64,000 nucleotides of DNA from Eledone cirrhosa (lineage: Eukaryota): the NCBI GenBank assembly GCA_964016885.1, contig OZ024742.1:61628001-61692000 (forward strand), given 5' to 3'. The translations under genes were made by a program, and so were the position numbers. Below, one piece after another: positions 12,327 to 26,017 of the stretch; within the stretch, counting starts at the first letter, position 1; each line of letters opens with the position of its first letter. The notes beneath the pieces were generated by a model. That model made no database searches and was not told the origin of the DNA. It worked only from the letters and a program-made list of their open reading frames with translations.

Positions 12327-12387
12327 ATTTCAGACAGGAAATAGATATGTTGAGAAAAGAAACTACGTGGCCGTTTGTAGCTACCGC

Positions 12388-14021
12388 GTGACTCTAGAGC
12401 CATTACTGCACAAACTGGTGACGTTGAGGGGCAACCCATGTCAGCTTATGCCAATGACGTCACCGTAGTAGTGTTGAGCGCCAAGCACGTCAAGGTGATC
12501 GGCACTACTCTAAGAGAATACAAGGTGGTGACAGAAGCAAAGATTAACCAAGAAAATTTGGAGAGCCTGCGGTTCAGCACATGGTGAGGCAGGCTCATGC
12601 CATCCAACAGTGTCGTCAAGCTCTGGGCGCACGGACCGGTTAAATTGCTAGTGGTATTGTCTCGTCCGGAACTCCAGACGAATCAACATTTGGACGAGGT
12701 AATGAGCTGAGTGGACTCTCTCACACGGAAATGAGCCGAGAAAAAGCTATCCCCGGAAAGTCGGGTGGAGGTGGCGAAGGCGTACATCACGTCCGTCATC
12801 TACAACGGTCTGACCGTCATGCCTTGTCCTAAGCCTCGCCTGGCTGCACTGGAGAGTTTGCTCTTTCGCCTTTTGAGGAAAGGGCGCACTCAGATGATCA
12901 AGCGGTCCATCTGCAGTGAACATCCGTTACTTGGAGGACTGGGTATGCCGTGTCTGATGATTAGCTAAGGTTACGATATCTCCAGATTTTCTTCAACGGT
13001 GAACATATGTGTTCCCCTTTCGCTAGGCTTGTTTTCCCCAGCTCGTCCCCTTAACGGAGCTGCAATCCTGGGTCAAACGGAGACAGAGAGGGAGCGTTTG
13101 GAAACTGGAATGTCTTCAAGCACTCACTGCCCTTTGCCAATCGGGCATTACGATCGGTTGAGACTCCGACTTGGCGTTCTATTCAGGGTTAGTGGAGGGC
13201 TATAACGACGTCGTTTTCGGGGAAATCTGGGTGTCGACAACAGCCAACTAGGCAATGGATAACTTTCAGAAATATTTGGTTTAGTACTGCTACCGGGGAG
13301 CGTTGCCAGTTCGAGATGAACTTTACAGTCTTGGAAGTGCCATCAGCCGGGGCCGTCCGAGATGGGCGCCGGATGACGAGACCGTCCTGCATTCACTCGT
13401 CGAGTGTCCAAGCATTGCTGACTTGTGGGTTTATGTCGCACACCTGCTGTCGCGTGTTGGACGGATCCGGCTATCAACTGAGTACTTCTGAGGATTGCTC
13501 CACCGCCTTCCTTTAGCCGAGAATGGCAGGCAGTTTTTATCTGCCTGGTGGCCATGGCGAAAGAGGTCGTGTGGTGGAAACATTTGAAAGGGATGAAGAC
13601 GAGTACTTACCTCTTCGTTGATGCGAATTTCATTTGAAAAAGAAAATCAGGGTGGGGAAGGAAGTGCTCTCTTCCAAGCATGTTGTTGAAAGATGGGTGA
13701 GAGAGGCAAGCATGGCCCGAATGAATGGGCCTGCTCTGAATATGCGCCTGTAGATTGCAGGTGGAAAACTGGGAGAGGGCACTTGCCTAGGTGATCAGGG
13801 TCACCGTGGTTTTTTAATGGGCTTTCTCCACGAGTGACCCTCGGAAGTTTAACCCAATAGGGGAATTTTCCTTTGTTTCTTTTTTTTTGTTATTTTCTTT
13901 GTTTTTTTCTTTACATGCAGAAATGCCTATTTGTACCGTCCTGTACCGTCATGTGCTGTCCTTAATGTAATACTTTATGTCAACCCTTGTGGTTAATAAA
14001 GAAAGCATTGTTATTATTATT
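12388..14021 (+). mobile_element. 5'-truncated, degenerate Tx1 subfamily A copy (A3)
   Basis: Homology to the ORF2 3' half (TLEPLLHKL, MPCPKPRL, DETVLH) with many stops; ends CCCTTGTGGTTAATAAAGAAAGCATTG(TTA)n. Confidence 0.9.
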
Positions 14022-15075
14022 AATAGCATTATCATCCGCACTCTACTAAATTCAATTGATTATTATTGTTCCTACTTTAAATTGTATTATTATTTGGAGT
14101 TCACATAACTTCTAAATCAGCTAAATCTTCTGAATCAGCTTTCTTTCCAATCTGTTTCTATTATTATTATTTTATTATTAATCGTCAAAGGCAATTGGCG
14201 GCGCCAAAAGTAATTATTTAAGAAACATTGCTTTAAATTCTAAAAGTAATGTACCTCTTTCTATAATTTCCTGCCAGGAACAAGGAGTAAATTGACAGAA
14301 ATTAGAGATGCTTGCAACTATTGCCTGTATATAGATAATCTATCTACCTAAACAGAATAACTTCTCTTTAAAAACATGTTAAGAAGAAGAAGAATATATC
14401 GTCCGTTCATTCTTTCGGTTTATATAGATTCGTCTGAAAGAAAATGGAAATCAATTCTTGACTTAATCATTCGTAGAATTTAAGGGATTTCATTATAAAA
14501 GCAATATAGATTATTCGAGCAATTTTTTTTGCTTTCGGAAGCTAGTTGTTCACGGTTAGTCATACAGGTCTAGTTATTTGCGTCTGTTCCGATTCTTTCG
14601 TTTTCCTTTCCAAATCTTTTCACTATGCAATTCTATCTATATTACTATGTATGTATGTATGTGTATGTATACATGCGTATATATATACATATATACATAT
14701 ATATATATATTATGTGTGTATGTGTGTATACAGAGCGGTGAAGGGAAAAGTGGAGTGAGCATATATAGTCGGCATGTATTAGTTGTAAGAGAAACTGCTA
14801 ATGAACAAGAGAAAGCGATACGAATCTGGGAGTGTGATAATGGACGGGACATGTCACAATTTCGGTTTGTATTTTTTCTTAATTTATTCTTTTAAATTGA
14901 GTCTGGCAAACCCGATTGTTAATAGTTAGTATTTTTTTCACCCTAGCTAATTCAAAACAAATCTGTGTTTGTCTCTCTTTTATATTCAATTGTATTACAC
15001 GGCCCAGAAAAATCTTTTTCTTCAGCTATTTAATTGTAAGAGACTATTTTGAGTTTCTAACTCAATATATATCTT

Positions 15076-15290
<215 letters not shown>

Positions 15291-15547
15291 AGTGTGCGAG
15301 AGAGAGAAATATTGACGGACGTAAGAATGAGTACTAATACCTAAGTAGAAGTTGTTATAGTTAAGTGTTTAGCGCTGTTGTGTACTCACAGGATCATCAG
15401 ACAAGTATTTAAAGGGATATAGACTAATACGTATCTTCATATTTTATATTATAATGGTGATGTTATTTTTAAGTCATACATAGGTCAAAGGGAGATAACT
15501 TATAAAATGTTAATAAAAATTACAAAATACATTAAAAAAAAATTGTT

Positions 15548-15750
15548 GATCGACTTTCGTCAAATCGGACCCAGGACACAATGTTTCCGTTGGTCTTTCC
15601 AATTGCTAATACTATCTATCGGTCGCAACTCCAGATAGAAGGAGCAATGTGAAATAATGTGTCTTACTCAACGACATAACGCATCGCCTGGTCCAGGAAT
15701 CAAACTAACAACCTCACGATTGCGAATCCAGTCCCTAACCAATCAGCCAC
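15548..15750 (-). mobile_element. Second tRNA-derived SINE family
   Basis: Reverse-strand tRNA-like head (CCCTAACCAATCAGCCAC, GGAATCAAACT) and GTGAAATAATGTGTCTTACTCAA core; a related copy is at 48713-48843. Confidence 0.6.
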
Positions 15751-16074
15751 AAGCGTTCAAACGTCAATTTAACCTAAATTAACTTAAATGAAACTAAATC
15801 AAATCGAATCAATATCAATGCCCAAATGTTTCTTTTGATTTCACTTCATTCGTGAAGTTTATATAATGGGACTATTCAAAAATGTATTACAGCATTTTTC
15901 CAAATAATCCCTTAGTATGGTCTGTCTGACATTAAGGATAAAGGATAATGATCCCATAACTCCTTGTGGAATCGTAGACGCACCATCATACAGCGTGTCT
16001 AGGGCACTTTTAAAATTGGTGGAGCCCAACCCTCTCCAGGTCTGAACACAGCCGATTTTTTTCTATAGAGGAAA

Positions 16075-16240
16075 AATCGACGCCAGTACTGGATTAATAC
16101 ATTTTTTATCGACCTCAAAAGTATGAAAGGCAAAGTTAACCACGGCGGTATTTGAACTTAGAGCGCGCAATGATGTGGGGAAATGAATACCGAAAACCAT
16201 TCTATCTGACATATTAATGACTCTGCCAAGTCGCCGCCTA
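16075..16240 (-). mobile_element. tRNA-derived SINE related to the array family (diverged)
   Basis: Reverse complement of head and core: TTTATCGACC…ATGAAAGGCAAAGTTAACCACGGCGGTATTTGAAC…CTGCCAAGTCGCCGCC. Confidence 0.7.
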
Positions 16241-16681
16241 TCTATCTGACATTAGTGACCCTAATATGTGGACGGTGTACAAGCATGCGTTCTAATAATT
16301 AGTTTCCCATCTAGCCAATGTATATTTCTACGCAATTCGGGTATTTGATACATTAGAACAGATTTCCGCTTTTACAGTTCATATTTGTATTCGCATGCAC
16401 TCAGAGCTCCTGATCATGTCATGGAGACGACGTCTTGACATATGATATGTTTTGAGGGCATCGTAAACTCTGTGAAGCACGGTCATCACCAAATCTGTAC
16501 TTAGCTAATTTCTTCCTAAAAAGAAAAAAGCAAAAGCAGAATACTGATCTGATACTTTATTCAACAAGCCCGAACGGGTAAAGAGCAAATTTGACGCCAG
16601 TGGTAGTTGAACTTAGGCACAGAAATGCCAGTACCATATCCCACTAGAGTCAAAAGTTAGCTTTCTATTTTTCAATTTTCA

Positions 16682-16901
16682 TTTCCTTTTTTTTCTTTTT
16701 TCTTTTTTCTTTTTTCTTTTTTCTTTTTTCTTTTTTCTTTTTTCTTTTTTCTTTTTTCTTTTTTCTTTTTTTCTTTTTTTCTTTTTTCTTTTTTCTTTTT
16801 TCTTTTTTCTTTTTTCTTTTTTCTTTTTTCTTTTTTCTTTTTTTTTTCTTTTTCCTTTTTCTTTTTTCTTTTTTTCTTTTTTTCTTTTTTTCTTTTTTTT
16901 T
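16682..16901. repeat. (TTTTTTC)n polypyrimidine tandem repeat
   Basis: Direct reading. Confidence 0.9.
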
Positions 16902-17044
16902 CATCAATCACACATTTGACTTTAGGAAAAATTAAAACGATTGAAGACAAAGTTTGTAGAGAAAGGGGAAAAATTTAACTTCGGTATATGTCTTAAAGTT
17001 TCCATTATATGCATCAATAATATATATACCCACACACACCCCAA

Positions 17045-17092
<48 letters not shown>

Positions 17093-17096
<4 letters not shown>

Positions 17097-17426
17097 GTGG
17101 AACACTGGAAGGTAATATCCGAAGGTAATATCCAAGAGACGAGTTAGGTAGAAGTGGTTACACAACAGTTAGTTCACCATACCGAGAACAATTGTTTCAC
17201 CTTCGCGGATCTTCAGCTCGGGATGTTTATGGTTATAGGAACAGGAAGGACAACCATACGAACGCGCATGCGCAGAACCCCGGTCACTTCACACAGGCAA
17301 TACTAGACTGCGTGCGGGAAGTGTAAGGGAGATAACTGCGATAGTTCGGAAAGTTTTTAGGTTGAAAATAAAATAAAAAAAATTAAAAATAAAATTACAA
17401 AGAATCATTCCGGAGCCTTGTAGTTA

Positions 17427-17430
<4 letters not shown>
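17093..17430 (-). mobile_element. Penelope-like element 3' end (pLTR) between (TA)n tracts
   Basis: Reverse complement resembles the 3' end of the PLE at 50350-50550; contains a hammerhead motif. Confidence 0.75.
17178..17225 (-). ncRNA. Type I hammerhead ribozyme motif
   Basis: CATCCCGAG-CTGAAGA-TCCGCGAAGGT-GAAAC-AATT-GTT-CTCGGTATG: stem I pairs and stem III is palindromic. Confidence 0.75.
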
Positions 17431-17491
<61 letters not shown>

Positions 17492-17599
17492 ATACATATA
17501 TATATATTATATATATTCTTTTATTCTTATACATGTGTATATACGCATCAAATATGTATATGTATATATATGTATATATATATGGAGGGGCACAAGTCC

Positions 17600-17820
17600 T
17601 AGCAGTGTTATTTGAAGAAGACCAGCACTCGGCCATCCATATGCGTCTCTCCTCACCACGCCACCGATGTTGTTCAAGGGAAAGACAAAAGCCGATATAG
17701 CTTTGCACCTGTGACGGTGCAACTCATTTCTACTGTTGAGTAAACTGGAGCAACGTGAAATAGTGTCTTGCTCAAGAACGCATCGCCGGTTCGGGAATCG
17801 TACTCACAACCTCACGGTTG
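17600..17820 (-). mobile_element. tRNA-derived SINE fragment (second family type)
   Basis: GAGTAAACTGGAGCAACGTGAAATAGTGTCTTGCTCAAG…GGGAATCGTACTCACAACC. Confidence 0.6.
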
Positions 17821-17900
17821 TATAAATATATATTTGATGCGTATACATACACACATGTATATACACGTGCGTGTGTATCCGTATCAAATATGTATATGTA

Positions 17901-17949
<49 letters not shown>

Positions 17950-19295
17950 GATATTAAACAAATGGAAACTATATTTATAAAACCATATTTATTTCGTTAT
18001 ATATATTTCTGGGATATCATATTAAAAATATCATATTAAAAATATGTTATGCCTTCCTCAGACAAAATACAATACATAAGCTGTTTTATAAATAATTAGT
18101 GACATACCTTGTAATAATGCAACTTCCTTTTAAAAAGTTGATTTGGTAGTGAAACTGTTATGATAGTTATATAGAAAGAAAACGAAGATGAGAAGAAGAA
18201 GATGAAGAGATGTGTGTAAAGAGAAAAGAGATGTATGTAAAGAAAAACAACGGAGCGAGATAGAGAGACAAGGATAGAGAGAAATACATTGATGGTGAAA
18301 AAAACATAGTAGGCTGCCTTTTGACAGATGATCATCGTATATGTGAGAGGTTAAGGGAAGGGATACAGTTAGATTAGTGTATAGGAGAAAAAGAAAGAAA
18401 GATGATATATTTAAAATATATTAAAAATATATTATGTCTCATCCATTTGAATTATCAATTTTTATGAATTAGGCATTATAATGTAAATATCAGTATTCAT
18501 GAATGAGACACATATCTATAATGTGTAAAAAAATGACCACATGCTCAGTTTAAAAATTCTTAGGTCTATAAGCAAAATCTGAGACAAAACTTCAAACATA
18601 AGTATATATGCATTCTCGTGAAAAATGAGAAAAGAGAAGGTTATCTCAAATTCAAGTTGATAAATATAGACGCACATGTGAACCTAGGTGATACGCTGCA
18701 CTGATTCTTATATTTCATGAAAAACTTCAATGTGTCAGAAAAGAAAAACTTCAATGCGTTAGAAAAGATTCCACCCTACATACATTTACATACATATATA
18801 CATATATATAGACACAAAACATATAAGATATACATTAACATCTAAAATAATCATCGATCAAGCATAGAGTAGACAACAGATATCAATATTAAAATTAAAA
18901 ACGCCAAGAATATCTTCGTCACTCCACAGAGTATCTAGGGACGCAAGAGAACATAGTATGCCACGCATATCGGTCATAGAATCAGAGTCAAAAGCAAACA
19001 AGACCAAAATTGCTCACCAAGCCTTATTTATCAGAAATCATTCAAAACTTATTCTACAAATGCTCTTATATTTATTATAGATGTTTATCCAGCTTAAAAA
19101 TTTATTCAAAAGATTGGGAACAACGCCAATTTTAGGGTAGTTTATTTAATCTCATTAATTATATATTCATGCGGAAAGGTTTTTTAAGAAAAAAAATAAA
19201 TAAAAAAAAATAAAAAAAAATTGAAGGAATCGAAAGATTTATCGCCAAGTATCACAAATAGTCAAATACCTTAAGTAAATATACTACATTTTATA

Positions 19296-20621
19296 CTACA
19301 TTTTAAATTTATATTTATATTTAAATGTTGAGTTCAATCTATGTCTGCAACAGCTGAATAAATTGGTTCGTAAATTAAGGGAATTTTTAGATTTTAATAT
19401 AAAGAATATCTCCTCCGCGCAGAGGTCACAAGTCTCAGAAGAGGAATTAAAAGGAATCCCTTTTGAGACTATATTCCAAACCATCGAATATCCAACTTTA
19501 TCATGCTTAAGTTGCCAGAGTAACCCTGACAGCGATGTTGATGATTTTTTATTTGGATCCGTGAAAGAATTTTTGTGATTATTATAGCGAAGTTTAAATT
19601 CTGTCGAGGTGGAACCAACATAATTAAAAGAATTTAAATCAGTTCTAACATTACAGTTGTATATTATATTTTTAACTAAGCAATTGTTATTTAGCGGACA
19701 TTTAGATCTATCTCTACAGTTACAGTTTTTTAGTTGAATATTGTTTAGGCTATTTTCGGTATTTTGGCTAGGTTTTAGATTCCTATTATTTATTCTATTA
19801 ATATTTTGTGCTAAATTTTTGGTGGACGAGTACGTTAATTTTATAGTATGTCTATTAAAAATTGAGTGATACTTATGTGTTCTAGGGAAGCGTTTGTCAA
19901 GAGCATTAAAAAATAGTTTAGCGATGTGGGTTTTAATGTTTAGTGAGAAAGGGGGGACAAACCATATTATATTTCTAGTTCTATTTCTTTTCTGGTTTTT
20001 GAAATTATTGTAGTGCTTTCTATTATAGTTGTTAAAGTTGTTACTATAATTAAAATTGTTGTTATTTTGGTTAGTTTGTCTATTATCGATGTACATAATT
20101 TTATCACTATATCCTGCTCTAGCTAAAGCATCATTATAATATTGGGCTTTTTCGTCAAAAATATTTTTATTGGAAGAGATTCTAGAGATACGTTTTTGAA
20201 CAGAGTTTACTATAGTATTTTTGACAGATCTGGGGTGATTGGAGCTAAAATTGACATAATTCAAGTTTTCATTTAACTTGTGAAATGGATAGTGAAGACA
20301 TGTGTTGAGATTAAATGTTACGTCTAGGAAATTGACTATTCTATGGTTATTCTCAATTTCTATTTTTAGATTAAGGTAATTAAAAAATTGTATAATTTGT
20401 TTTCTTTTCTTATTTAGTTCAGAGTTATTATTTTCAATAAGTAAAAGCATGTCATCTCTATATAAACCTCCGGTAACACCGGGTATTTTCCTATGCAGCG
20501 AATTAATTATAAATAGGCCCACAAGGTCCGTTACCTGAGCTGAGTCTGATGATCCCATAGTAATGTCAAAATTATTATCTCTATCTGCCCTAGTCCATAG
20601 TTGGTTATTAAATTCTATCAA
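19296..20621 (-). CDS. PLE polyprotein C-terminal part: RT (GLYRDD), thumb, Cys motif, GIY-YIG endonuclease; 5'-truncated
   Basis: DITMGSSDSAQVTDLVG, GGLYRDD, NFLDVT, WFVPPF, CNCRDRSKCPL, NIIY…YVGST…FKLRYNNH, CDLCAEE, CCRH; 441 codons open. Confidence 0.88.
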   Translation of the reverse strand: MIEFNNQLWTRADRDNNFDITMGSSDSAQVTDLVGLFIINSLHRKIPGVTGGLYRDDMLLLIENNNSELNKKRKQIIQFFNYLNLKIEIENNHRIVNFLDVTFNLNTCLHYPFHKLNENLNYVNFSSNHPRSVKNTIVNSVQKRISRISSNKNIFDEKAQYYNDALARAGYSDKIMYIDNRQTNQNNNNFNYSNNFNNYNRKHYNNFKNQKRNRTRNIIWFVPPFSLNIKTHIAKLFFNALDKRFPRTHKYHSIFNRHTIKLTYSSTKNLAQNINRINNRNLKPSQNTENSLNNIQLKNCNCRDRSKCPLNNNCLVKNIIYNCNVRTDLNSFNYVGSTSTEFKLRYNNHKNSFTDPNKKSSTSLSGLLWQLKHDKVGYSMVWNIVSKGIPFNSSSETCDLCAEEIFFILKSKNSLNLRTNLFSCCRHRLNSTFKYKYKFKM

Positions 20622-22391
20622 AGTTTTCCTGAATAAATAATAGGAATCTAAAACCTAGCCAAAATACCGAAAATAGCCTAAACAATATTCAACTAAAAAA
20701 CTGTAACTGTAGAGATAGATCTAAATGTCCGCTAAATAACAATTGCTTAGTTAAAAATATAATATACAACTGTAATGTTAGAACTGATTTAAATTCTTTT
20801 AATTATGTTGGTTCCACCTCGACAGAATTTAAACTTCGCTATAATAATCACAAAAATTCTTTCACGGATCCAAATAAAAAATCCTCAACATCGCTGTCAG
20901 GGTTACTCTGGCAACTTAAGCATGATAAAGTTGGATATTCGATGGTTTGGAATATAGTCTCAAAAGGGATTCCTTTTAATTCCTCTTCTGAGACTTGTGA
21001 CCTCTGCGCGGAGGAGATATTCTTTATATTAAAATCTAAAAATTCCCTTAATTTACGAACCAATTTATTCAGCTGTTGCAGACATAGATTGAACTCAACA
21101 TTTAAATATAAATATAAATTTAAAATGTAGTATAAAATGTAGTATATTTACTTAAGGTATTTGACTATTTGTGATACTTGGCGATAAATCTTTCGATTCC
21201 TTCAATTTTTTTTTATTTTTTTTTATTTATTTTTTTTTTTAAAAAAACCTTTCCGCATGAATATATAATTAATGAGATTAAATAAACTACCCTAAAATTG
21301 GCGTTGTTCCCAATCTTTTGAATAAATTTTTAAGCTGGATAAACTTCTATAATAAATATAAGAGCATTTGTAGAATAAGTTTTGAATGATTTCTGATAAA
21401 TAAGGCTTGGTGAGCAATTTTGGTCTTGTTTGCTTTTGACTCTGATTCTATGACCGATATGCGTGGCATACTATGTTCTCTTGCGTCCCTAGATACTCTG
21501 TGGAGTGACGAAGATATTCTTGGCGTTTTTAATTTTAATATTGATATCTGTTGTCTACTCTATGCTTGATCGATGATTATTTTAGATGTTAATGTATATC
21601 TTATATGTTTTGTGTCTATATATATGTATATATGTATGTAAATTTATGTAGGGTGGAATCTTTTCTAACGCATTGAAGTTTTTCTTTTCTGACACATTGA
21701 AGTTTTTCATGAAATATAAGAATCAGTGCAGCGTATCACCTAGGTTCACATGTGCGTCTATATTTATCAACTTGAATTTGAGATAACCTTCTCTTTTCTC
21801 ATTTTTCACGAGAATGCATATATACTTATGTTTGAAGTTTTGTCTCAGATTTTGCTTATAGACCTAAGAATTTTTAAACTGAGCATGTGGTCATTTTTTT
21901 ACACATTATAGATATGTGTCTCATTCATGAATACTGATATTTACATTATAATGCCTAATTCATAAAAATTGATAATTCAAATGGATGAGACATAATATAT
22001 TTTTAATATATTTTAAATATATCATCTTTCTTTCTTTTTCTCCTATACACTAATCTAACTGTATCCCTTCCCTTAAGCTCTCACATATACGATGATCATC
22101 TGTCAAAAAGCAGCCTACTATGTTTTTTTTCACCATCAATGTATTTCTCTCTATCCTTGTCTCTCTATCTCGCTCCGTTGTTTTTCTTTACATACATCTC
22201 TTTTCTCTTTACATACATCTCTTCATCTTCTTCTTTTTTATTTACATACATCTCTTCATCTTCTTCTTCTCATCTTCGTTTTCTTTCTATATAACTATCA
22301 TAACAGTTTCACTACCAAATCAACTTTTTAAAAGGAAGTTGCATTATTACAAGGTATGTCACTAATTATTTATAAAACAGCTTATGTATTG

Positions 22392-22471
22392 TATTTTGTC
22401 TGAGGAAGGCATAACATATTTTTAATATGATATTTTTAATATGATATCCCAGAAATATATATAACGAAATA
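22392..22471 (+). ncRNA. Type I hammerhead ribozyme motif in the PLE 3' end (mirrored near 17990-18070)
   Basis: TATTTTGT-CTGAGGA-stem II-GAAA-TATAT-ATA-ACGAAATA. Confidence 0.6.
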
Positions 22472-22599
22472 AATATGGTTTTATAAATATAGTTTCCATT
22501 TGTTTAATATCGTAAACCTACTCCAGAAACTGTTGAGTGCTTTTATATCAGTTATAAAATATTTACTCGTTGTAACCCAACAATCTTAAATAAAACTTT

Positions 22600-22689
<90 letters not shown>

Positions 22690-22969
22690 CACGGGTGTGT
22701 ATGATTGTGTATAGAAGATTATATTAATAAGAGGAATTCCAACTTTGTCTGATTTACTCGTTTTATTTACAATCCTTTAAAATTTATAATGGTATTATAA
22801 TGAAATAGTATAATAGAATATTAAATGTTAAGTGTTAATTGAACAAGTACTTTCATGCTTTCGCAATCTTCTGGTTCATAATGTGTGGTGACAGTCAAGT
22901 TTGCAATTTTCAACAGTTGAAAATTGCAAACTTGACTGTCACCACACATTATGAACCTGAACCCTAACA

Positions 22970-24643
22970 AACTGCATAATAGGTAGTATGGATGTTGTGT
23001 CCCTGTATCCATCTATTGACGTGGATTTTGCTGTGGAGAAATGCGTAGAAATGATCAGTGAGAGCAATGTTGAGTTCCGTGGGATTGATACCAGTGAGCT
23101 GGGACTCCTACTTAAACTTACCTATAGTAATAATTACCTAGACACATATGACCTTAGCAACCTGTGCCCTACAAGACCAGCAAGAGGCAGACCACCTACC
23201 ATTACCTCAATGGCCAAGAAAACCCACACAGATAGATGGAACGGGTGAACCAGAGCCATACGGACACCCGAAAACCACGATGAACTGAAGAAAATGATTG
23301 CACGTGCGGTAGGGGCCAGCATAAAACTAACCCTTAAGAAACATATGTTCAAATTTAATGGAAAAACATATGCCCAAGAGGAAGGAGCAGCCATTGGTGT
23401 TAGCATTGCAGGCAACATAGCTAACTTATTCATGGTATGGTGGGACAGTAGACTTAAACTTAAACTTAAAGAACAATTAGAAGACCCCTTAACCCTGATA
23501 ATGTACTCCCGCTACGTTGATGATATAAACATCGTAGTTAAGACATCCCCACTAGAGAACAGTCAGGAACTAGAGAAAAACACAATGGAAAGCATCCAGC
23601 AAATAGCTAACTCCATCCACCAGAGCATTAGAGTTACTATAGACTACCCAAGTAAACACCCCAACCATCGATTACCTGTACTAGACACAGAGCTCTGGTT
23701 AGATACCATTAATAATAAAAAACAAATCCTCCATTCCCATTATGCCAAACCCATGACTTCCAAACATCTGATCCACCGAAACTCGGCCGTTTCGGACCAT
23801 ACCAAAATCAACATACTGATTGCGGATTTGGTACGGGTGATGAGAAACGTGTCCCGCATGTGCAACCCCGAAGAACTAGAGAGACACATACAACCCTTCA
23901 TCCACCGTATGCAGTTCTCTGGCTACAATCAGAGAGATAAAATCAGAGTGTATAGAGGAGCCAGAACGAAATGGGAAAAAATGGTAAATAATGACATAAA
24001 TGGGACCTGCCCCTTGTATAGGAGCAAATTTTGGAATAGAATAGAAAGAATTAGGAACAAGGCTAATAGAATAAACTCATGGTATGATAGCAATAAATAC
24101 CAGAGTGTAATGTTCATCGATACAACCCCTAGAGGTGAATTAGCTTACAAATTTAGAAGGGCCCTAGATAAACATAAACTCAATATTAAGATAGTAGAAA
24201 GACCAGGTACCTCCGTAAAAACACTTATTAGCAAGACATACCCTTTTCAAAGACCCTCATGTATAGATAAGAAATGTATAACCTGTAAAATAAGCCCCCA
24301 TATTAACTGTAAAACTAGAAATGTAGTGTATAGCATAAGATGTACTGAAGGACAATGTAGAGACAAAAATATAGTGTACATAGGTGAGACAGCTAGTAGT
24401 GTAGGGGAACGGATAAATGAACACTGGCGAGACCTTCAAGATAGTAAAGAATCATCTGTACTCTACCAACATGCTAAAATAGAACACAAGGGTAAATTAG
24501 AGAACATAGAAATAAAAATAGAATCTACACACAGAAAAGACGCAATGTTTAGACAAATCACAGAGGCAATAAACATAAAAGGATTACAACCAAAATTAAA
24601 TAGAAAATATGAGTGGAACAGCAACATCACAACTTACAATTAA
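22970..24643 (+). pseudogene. PLE RT + GIY-YIG ORF, 5'-truncated, one in-frame TGA at 23246
   Basis: IGSMDVVSLYPSI, GAAIG, RYVDDI, LPVLD, CxxxxCxxC, NVVYSIRC…YIGET…RINEH; ORFs 22988 and 23294 share a frame. Confidence 0.88.
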
Positions 24644-24844
24644 GGACAAAATGAAAACACACACACACATAGAACAAACAACCAACCAGTAACATGTAAA
24701 TAAACAAATAAATAAATGAACATAAACACACACAGACACCCGGATGTGGCGCATGCGCAGACTGAGCACACAACACACACACAGAAACAAAATGGCGTAG
24801 GACAGAACAAAGGAGAGGCACAAAAACAAAGAAAGGAATCCCCA

Positions 24845-24887
24845 GTCACTGAAGAGGTCACAGAGTGTGTGACGAAAGAACTATGAC
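24845..24887 (+). ncRNA. Minimal type I hammerhead ribozyme motif
   Basis: GTCA-CTGAAGA-GGTCAC(AGAGTGT)GTGAC-GAAA-GAAC-TA-TGAC. Confidence 0.75.
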
Positions 24888-25141
24888 AATATATAAACAA
24901 CTATCTGGTTGTGGAACCAACTAACCAAAAATTTATAAATTTATAAATTTATTATAAATTTATTATAATAAATTGAAGTGAAAGCAACTGGTGCGTGTGT
25001 TTCTTATTGGCAACATGACCCTCCCAAAGTATAACAATATTTAATATTCTATCATACTATTTCATTATAATACCATTATAAATTTTAAAGGATTGTAAAT
25101 AAAACGAGTAAATCAGACAAAGTTGGAATTCCTCTTATTAT

Positions 25142-25171
<30 letters not shown>

Positions 25172-25172
<1 letters not shown>

Positions 25173-25236
25173 AGATCCCGTTAAGGGTGAAAGCAGCGAT
25201 TCTTTGCTTAAACTTTAATCTGTTATTTTAATAAAT
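25172..25236 (+). mobile_element. Very short PLE 3' terminus in (TA)n
   Basis: Reverse complement of 52329-52391, the 3' end of the PLE at 52.3-54.3 kb. Confidence 0.75.
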
Positions 25237-25399
25237 ATATATATATATATATATATAATGATTGTAGTTTTACGTATTAATTCAAGGTATTTGTATATTC
25301 CAGAAGGGTTCCAACCACACACTCTGAAATTTATAACGACCTTAACTCAATAACATGTATATGAGTTACATGGTATGTATACATATGTGTGTGTGTTTG

Positions 25400-25517
<118 letters not shown>

Positions 25518-25962
25518 CATAGAGCGGGGATGAACAGAGAAATAAAGATCTATTTCAAGAAAAAGGGAGAAGAGAATGGGCTGGGGGAAGTAGAAAGTGC
25601 AACATCAATAAGAACAATAAACAATAAACAAGCGTAAAAAAGCAGGGTTTTTTCTTGTCTTTCTGAGATTTAATGAGATATATTACTATATAATAAAAGT
25701 TTTGAAGTGGAAAAAAAATATATTTTCCAGTTTGAATTCTAATTCATTTCACGATTCCGATATGGAATTTCCAACCCAAAGGCACTATAGTAATATCAAC
25801 AGAGCACACATCGTGTAATATTAAAAATTCAATTATTTTAACACCAAGATGTATTTCCTACTGCATATTCTATATTACCTATTGTTTATTTATAAAATAT
25901 ATAAACATGCTTTCTTCATCAACTTTTTCTTTGTCTATCTTTCTATCAGTCAATTTTATGTG

Positions 25963-25996
<34 letters not shown>

Positions 25997-26017
25997 TATA
26001 GATATATATATATATTA

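Larger units (their letters stand above)
17947..22602. mobile_element. Naiad-type Penelope-like element with inverted duplication (arms 17947-19795 and 20631-22514)
   Basis: Near-perfect inverted repeat of about 1.85 kb flanked by (TA)n; RT/GIY-YIG ORF on the minus arm and a GIY-YIG copy on the plus arm. Confidence 0.92.
22722..25145 (+). mobile_element. Penelope-like element of a different clade (Neptune/Poseidon-like) with a 5' inverted copy of its 3' end
   Basis: 22722-22830 is the reverse complement of about 25030-25140; RT + GIY-YIG ORF; hammerhead at 24845. Confidence 0.85.

Noticed and set aside
23246-23248. In-frame TGA in a PLE ORF as possible selenocysteine
   Set aside because: The context RWNG*TR fits a TGG>TGA mutation, not a Cys position; no SECIS recognised, and the element is not of the Naiad type in which Sec has been reported.
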